From positions 1 to 27,770 of IMG/VR virus record IMGVR_UViG_3300027138_000026: a stretch of DNA of 27,770 bases. The stretch is one strand, 5' to 3'. Positions 23,994-27,770 of this stretch are shown one piece after another. This stretch comes from a virus. Its lineage: Duplodnaviria > Caudoviricetes. Both the position numbers and the translations under genes were made by a program. Under the pieces are notes generated by a model. The model worked only from the letters and a program-made list of their open reading frames with translations, was not told where the DNA came from and did not search any database. How positions within the stretch are numbered: position 1 is the stretch's first letter; every line of letters begins with the position of its first letter.

Positions 23994-26900
23994 TGGCTCA
24001 AACGCTTAAAAACCTTAGTTCTGCTGTAGTAGAAATGAGTCCTAACCTTTATAAGACTGCAATCAACATTGGCATGTCTGAAATAGATGCTAGTCTTGTA
24101 GACCAACAGGCTCGCAGTTGGAAACTTGGACAACAACTTCTTTCTAAGTCAAAAGAGAAAGCACGTAAGGAATTTCTTGGACTTGACCCAATAGTTAAAA
24201 ATAATATTTATACACTATTTTCTGACGAAGAAATTTTTCGACCAGAAAAAACTATTTATCAAAAAGCATTTGATACTGTTGCGGCTCCAGTTAAAGGTAT
24301 TATTGGTATTGCTGCATCACCACTTGTACAAGGTTTTAAAATGGTTGAAAGATATGGAAAACTTATCAACATACCATATCAAGCAATTCAACAGAAAAGA
24401 CAAGGCGCGGACTTTTCAAAAAAACTTTTAACAGATGCATACAATGGTACAAACTCATGGCAGTGGGATGAAGTTGCAAAGTATGAAGAAAAATACGGCA
24501 AAGCCTTAACAACACTAGCCCGTGGGACTGCTGAAAAAAAGTCTATTGGTAAGTCAATTGGTTTATACGGAACTTTTGATGATGACATTGCACAAGCAAT
24601 TCAGTATGCAGGAGACAATCCAGAAAAGTTTCAAACCCTTGTAGACCAACTATCTCAAGATGCACAGGTTTCTCCAGGTCGCGATGCATCTCCATCTGTT
24701 TCACGTCTTATGCAGATTCAAGATAACTCTATTGGTTACAAAATGTGGAAGTTTATTGGTATTGACCTTAGAACCGAAAAGGGTGCACGTCAATTTGAAA
24801 AACTAATGTCTGGTCCAATAGATGGTTTATATCAAATTTTTGCTGACCCATTAACTTATACTGGTGTAGGTACTGCTGGTAAGTTAGCAATTAGAGGTGT
24901 TGGAGGATACAAGCCTAGTTTTGGAGAAGCCTATGTTCGCTTTGGTGGATTTCAAACTAAAGGTCAAAAACTTGCTGCACAATATCAATTTGTAGCAGAA
25001 CGTGGTGGCGTTGAAGAGGGAATGGCTTGGGTATTTAGTGAGCCATCTGTTGCAAAATTGTGGAATGAACAACTAGGACCACGATTAAAATCTTTTGCAG
25101 AAGCACAGGGTCCTTATGAAAAGGGTAAAATTCTAGAGTCAATGAAGTTTGACTTTCCAGAATGGTATAACGTAGATACTGTTAGGACTCTTGTAAAGAA
25201 TAGAACCTTTGATGCTGAATCTGCACGTGAATTTTTTACTTATGTAGATGATACAAACATGATGCTTAATGGAACTGTGGATGGATTATCATTCCAACGC
25301 AATGCTATTCCATTTGCTCGCCGTACTCGTTTACTTACATCCGCTGTGCATAAAACAGCATATCAAGTTTTTAATCCAACAGCAACAAATAAAACTGGCG
25401 ACCTATTAGCAAAGGCTGAAAAAGACAGTCTTGATTTAATTGAAACTTTAACCCGTGTTGCTGATGAAGATAACGTATTAGTTAATACTCGTATTGTTGA
25501 TGAACTTAAATTAGAACAAGATATTACTAAAGCACGTCAGATTTTATTTAAAATGGGTACATCTACCAAACGTTCACCAGAAATGATTATCTGGGGAGAA
25601 GATTCTGCTAAAACAGCAGATGCTATTCGTAGTACAGCAGCAGCAGTAATGCCAAATGATATGGCAAATGCTATAACTATATGGCTTATTGACCAACCAG
25701 AAAATATTCAACTAACCGTAGTTCGTAATATGCAGTACGCTTTTATGAAGCGTCTTGGCATATCAGATAATGATGCTTTGAATGTTTTAGAGAAAACATA
25801 TAACGATACATCTACTTTGCATGCTGCACCAAATACCCCATTCCCAGAAGAATGGGCAGATTTACTGCATCCATCAATTTATCAGACACAAAATAACATT
25901 CCGTATCTAATAAATAATGGTGCTGTTCATGGTTCGCAGTTAAAGAAGGGTATTGCACCACTTCCATACGATGAATTATATCGTTTGTCTTCTTACGAAA
26001 AGGTTCGCAATCTTGGTAAGGGACTTCCAGACAATAAAGTAACATTTCCTGCACGTGCTGCTGCTAATTTATTTGGTGGTGTAACACGTAGCACAATGGC
26101 TACTCGTTATAGTAATTACTGGTCTGCTGGAACGCTTGCTCCACGTCTTGGTATGCGTACCAATGTTGACGAAGGTTTAATGTACTCCCTTGTTAATGAA
26201 GCAGAATCTGTTTTTGCTCTTGGTGCAAGCAAGTTTGACCAAGAGTTAGCAGCATTAACTGCAATTACTGGTAGTCGTGCTGGTATTGGTCCAGTAAAGG
26301 GTGGTTTCTTTTGGCTTGCCAACAAGTTTGGTATTAAACGTGCCAATGGTAGACCTCTTGACCCACGTGATGCTATTCCAGCACCAGAACGTGAAGCAAT
26401 TAAACTTCAAATTAAAGAGGCTTTAGAAGAAAAACTTGGGATTGATGTCCCACTTGCTGAAATTTCTAATATGGAAATGCGTGAAGCCCTTATTTCCGTA
26501 GCAGAGGATATATATCCAAGTGTTGTGGGAAAAGAATCATGGAATAATCTTAAAAAAGTAATGCGCCATCAACCAAACTTTGGTGGTGCAGTAATTAACT
26601 CTATGTCTGCTAAGTCTATTCTTGGCGGAAAGGTTTCTCCAGATTATTTTGAGTCTACTTTTGGGTTAGACTCTTTTAGTCTATTTTTAAAAGAACATGG
26701 AGCCGAACTAGGTAGAAACTGGACACCACGTGAGGTTCAAAAATTATCTGAAGTTGAAGTTGGCGTTATTATGTGGCGTAACTTTAATTTACGTTTTGGA
26801 TTTAATGAATACAAAATTTCAGAAGGACGTTACTTTAGTCCAGTAAGCGCATTCTTTAGACATAATGCCTTAAAGACAAGAAACGACTTTGAGATGGCTC

Positions 26901-27770
26901 GTAAAGATATTCTAAAGCAAATGGAAGTCTATTACGATAATGCAACTGGAGTCTGGGTTAGCGATAAAGCAGAAATAACAGATGCTGCATTACGTCCATT
27001 CTCTCAGGTTGTTGGGCTGCGTCAAAAGGGCTATGGAGATGCTGAGATTGCACGTATGTTGGTTGATGACATGCTGGCTGATATGCGTTTTTCATTTCAT
27101 GGAAGTGCTAACGTCAACTCTTATAATAAAAAATTATTTGATTTAATTGCTACTAAAGAAAAACAAATTATTAAAGTTGAAGATGCGCTTAACCGTGGCT
27201 ATCAAGGCACATGGTCAAAGGCTGTAGCAAGTTTAACTCACGCTGAGTTCGATGAAGCAACTGTTGGATTCCGTCCAATCACAGACTACATTAACTCCGA
27301 CATTATTATTAATGGAAAATCAATAGACCTTGACGGACTAAAGGAAGTTCAGACTTTTGGCGAGATGATGGACAAGTTCCCTAACGCAATTATGGAACTT
27401 ATGGACCATCAAGTTACAGGTTTCTTCCGTCTTCCCGCACTAAAGGTTGGTATTAATAAAGCATTTAGACAGTTAAAGCCATATGAAGCAATGCTAGTAA
27501 AGCGTCATGAAAATGCAATGCTTGAAAGCGACCCATTTATGGATACGGCTCTTGCTAAAAAGCGAGCAACATTACTAGCAGAAAAACAAATATCTGAAAT
27601 TTCTGTTAAACAAGCAACCAATGCTGTACTTGAGTATGTTGATAATCCAAACATTCGTTCTTCCTTTGCTATATCTATTCGTCACCTTGGGCGATTCGTT
27701 AGAGCAACAGAAGATTTTCAGCGCCGTATGTACCGCATGTACACAAAGCAACCATTGCGTGCTTTATATG
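23993..27770 (+). CDS. Very large putative internal virion/ejection protein (>1250 aa, runs off window; absent from ORF track)
   Basis: ATG 23993 (TAATG coupling) MAQTLKNLSS...; the same frame reads ...RATEDFQRRMYRMYTKQPLRALY at the window end, and no internal + ORF was called. Largely helical, with an ADPLTY motif. Confidence 0.7.
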   Translation, partial: MAQTLKNLSSAVVEMSPNLYKTAINIGMSEIDASLVDQQARSWKLGQQLLSKSKEKARKEFLGLDPIVKNNIYTLFSDEEIFRPEKTIYQKAFDTVAAPVKGIIGIAASPLVQGFKMVERYGKLINIPYQAIQQKRQGADFSKKLLTDAYNGTNSWQWDEVAKYEEKYGKALTTLARGTAEKKSIGKSIGLYGTFDDDIAQAIQYAGDNPEKFQTLVDQLSQDAQVSPGRDASPSVSRLMQIQDNSIGYKMWKFIGIDLRTEKGARQFEKLMSGPIDGLYQIFADPLTYTGVGTAGKLAIRGVGGYKPSFGEAYVRFGGFQTKGQKLAAQYQFVAERGGVEEGMAWVFSEPSVAKLWNEQLGPRLKSFAEAQGPYEKGKILESMKFDFPEWYNVDTVRTLVKNRTFDAESAREFFTYVDDTNMMLNGTVDGLSFQRNAIPFARRTRLLTSAVHKTAYQVFNPTATNKTGDLLAKAEKDSLDLIETLTRVADEDNVLVNTRIVDELKLEQDITKARQILFKMGTSTKRSPEMIIWGEDSAKTADAIRSTAAAVMPNDMANAITIWLIDQPENIQLTVVRNMQYAFMKRLGISDNDALNVLEKTYNDTSTLHAAPNTPFPEEWADLLHPSIYQTQNNIPYLINNGAVHGSQLKKGIAPLPYDELYRLSSYEKVRNLGKGLPDNKVTFPARAAANLFGGVTRSTMATRYSNYWSAGTLAPRLGMRTNVDEGLMYSLVNEAESVFALGASKFDQELAALTAITGSRAGIGPVKGGFFWLANKFGIKRANGRPLDPRDAIPAPEREAIKLQIKEALEEKLGIDVPLAEISNMEMREALISVAEDIYPSVVGKESWNNLKKVMRHQPNFGGAVINSMSAKSILGGKVSPDYFESTFGLDSFSLFLKEHGAELGRNWTPREVQKLSEVEVGVIMWRNFNLRFGFNEYKISEGRYFSPVSAFFRHNALKTRNDFEMARKDILKQMEVYYDNATGVWVSDKAEITDAALRPFSQVVGLRQKGYGDAEIARMLVDDMLADMRFSFHGSANVNSYNKKLFDLIATKEKQIIKVEDALNRGYQGTWSKAVASLTHAEFDEATVGFRPITDYINSDIIINGKSIDLDGLKEVQTFGEMMDKFPNAIMELMDHQVTGFFRLPALKVGINKAFRQLKPYEAMLVKRHENAMLESDPFMDTALAKKRATLLAEKQISEISVKQATNAVLEYVDNPNIRSSFAISIRHLGRFVRATEDFQRRMYRMYTKQPLRALY

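Larger units (their letters stand above)
1..27770. mobile_element. Tailed bacteriophage genome segment (probable actinobacterial host, podovirus-like layout; probably circularly permuted)
   Basis: Terminase, portal, tail/fibre, lysis and phage replication genes, tightly packed with TAATG/ATGA stop-start overlaps. No host housekeeping genes. WhiB present. Confidence 0.96.

Overview
The whole window is a tailed dsDNA bacteriophage genome segment. WhiB, a DUF4192-like gene, a split primase and an FmdB ribbon point to an actinobacterial host, and the low GC fits freshwater actinophages (inference). It has three blocks. (i) End of the late + strand arm, 674-4582: fibre, beta-propeller tail protein and lysis cassette, preceded by an inverted DUF6065-like gene. 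(ii) A complete - strand early/replication arm, 15765 to 4662: many tiny ORFs, SSB-like protein, lytic transglycosylase, DUF932, exonuclease, DnaB-like helicase, resolvase, split primase, DUF1599, sigma-like factor and WhiB, with no recognisable DNA polymerase or integrase. (iii) Start of the late arm, 16317 to the end: terminase, three extremely basic proteins, portal, a proteasome-beta/HslV-type Thr protease and a >1250 aa probable internal virion protein. Best leads: the head module, with basic proteins (two sharing an N-terminal MPVP[IL]IAAG tag) and an intact Ntn protease beside the portal; a 550-bp divergent control region packed with inverted repeats, AACAGT iterons and a perfect CRP box; candidate intergenic pseudoknots; and apparent avoidance of GATC, AGCT and CCGG. 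All family calls come from motif recognition by eye, not database searches.
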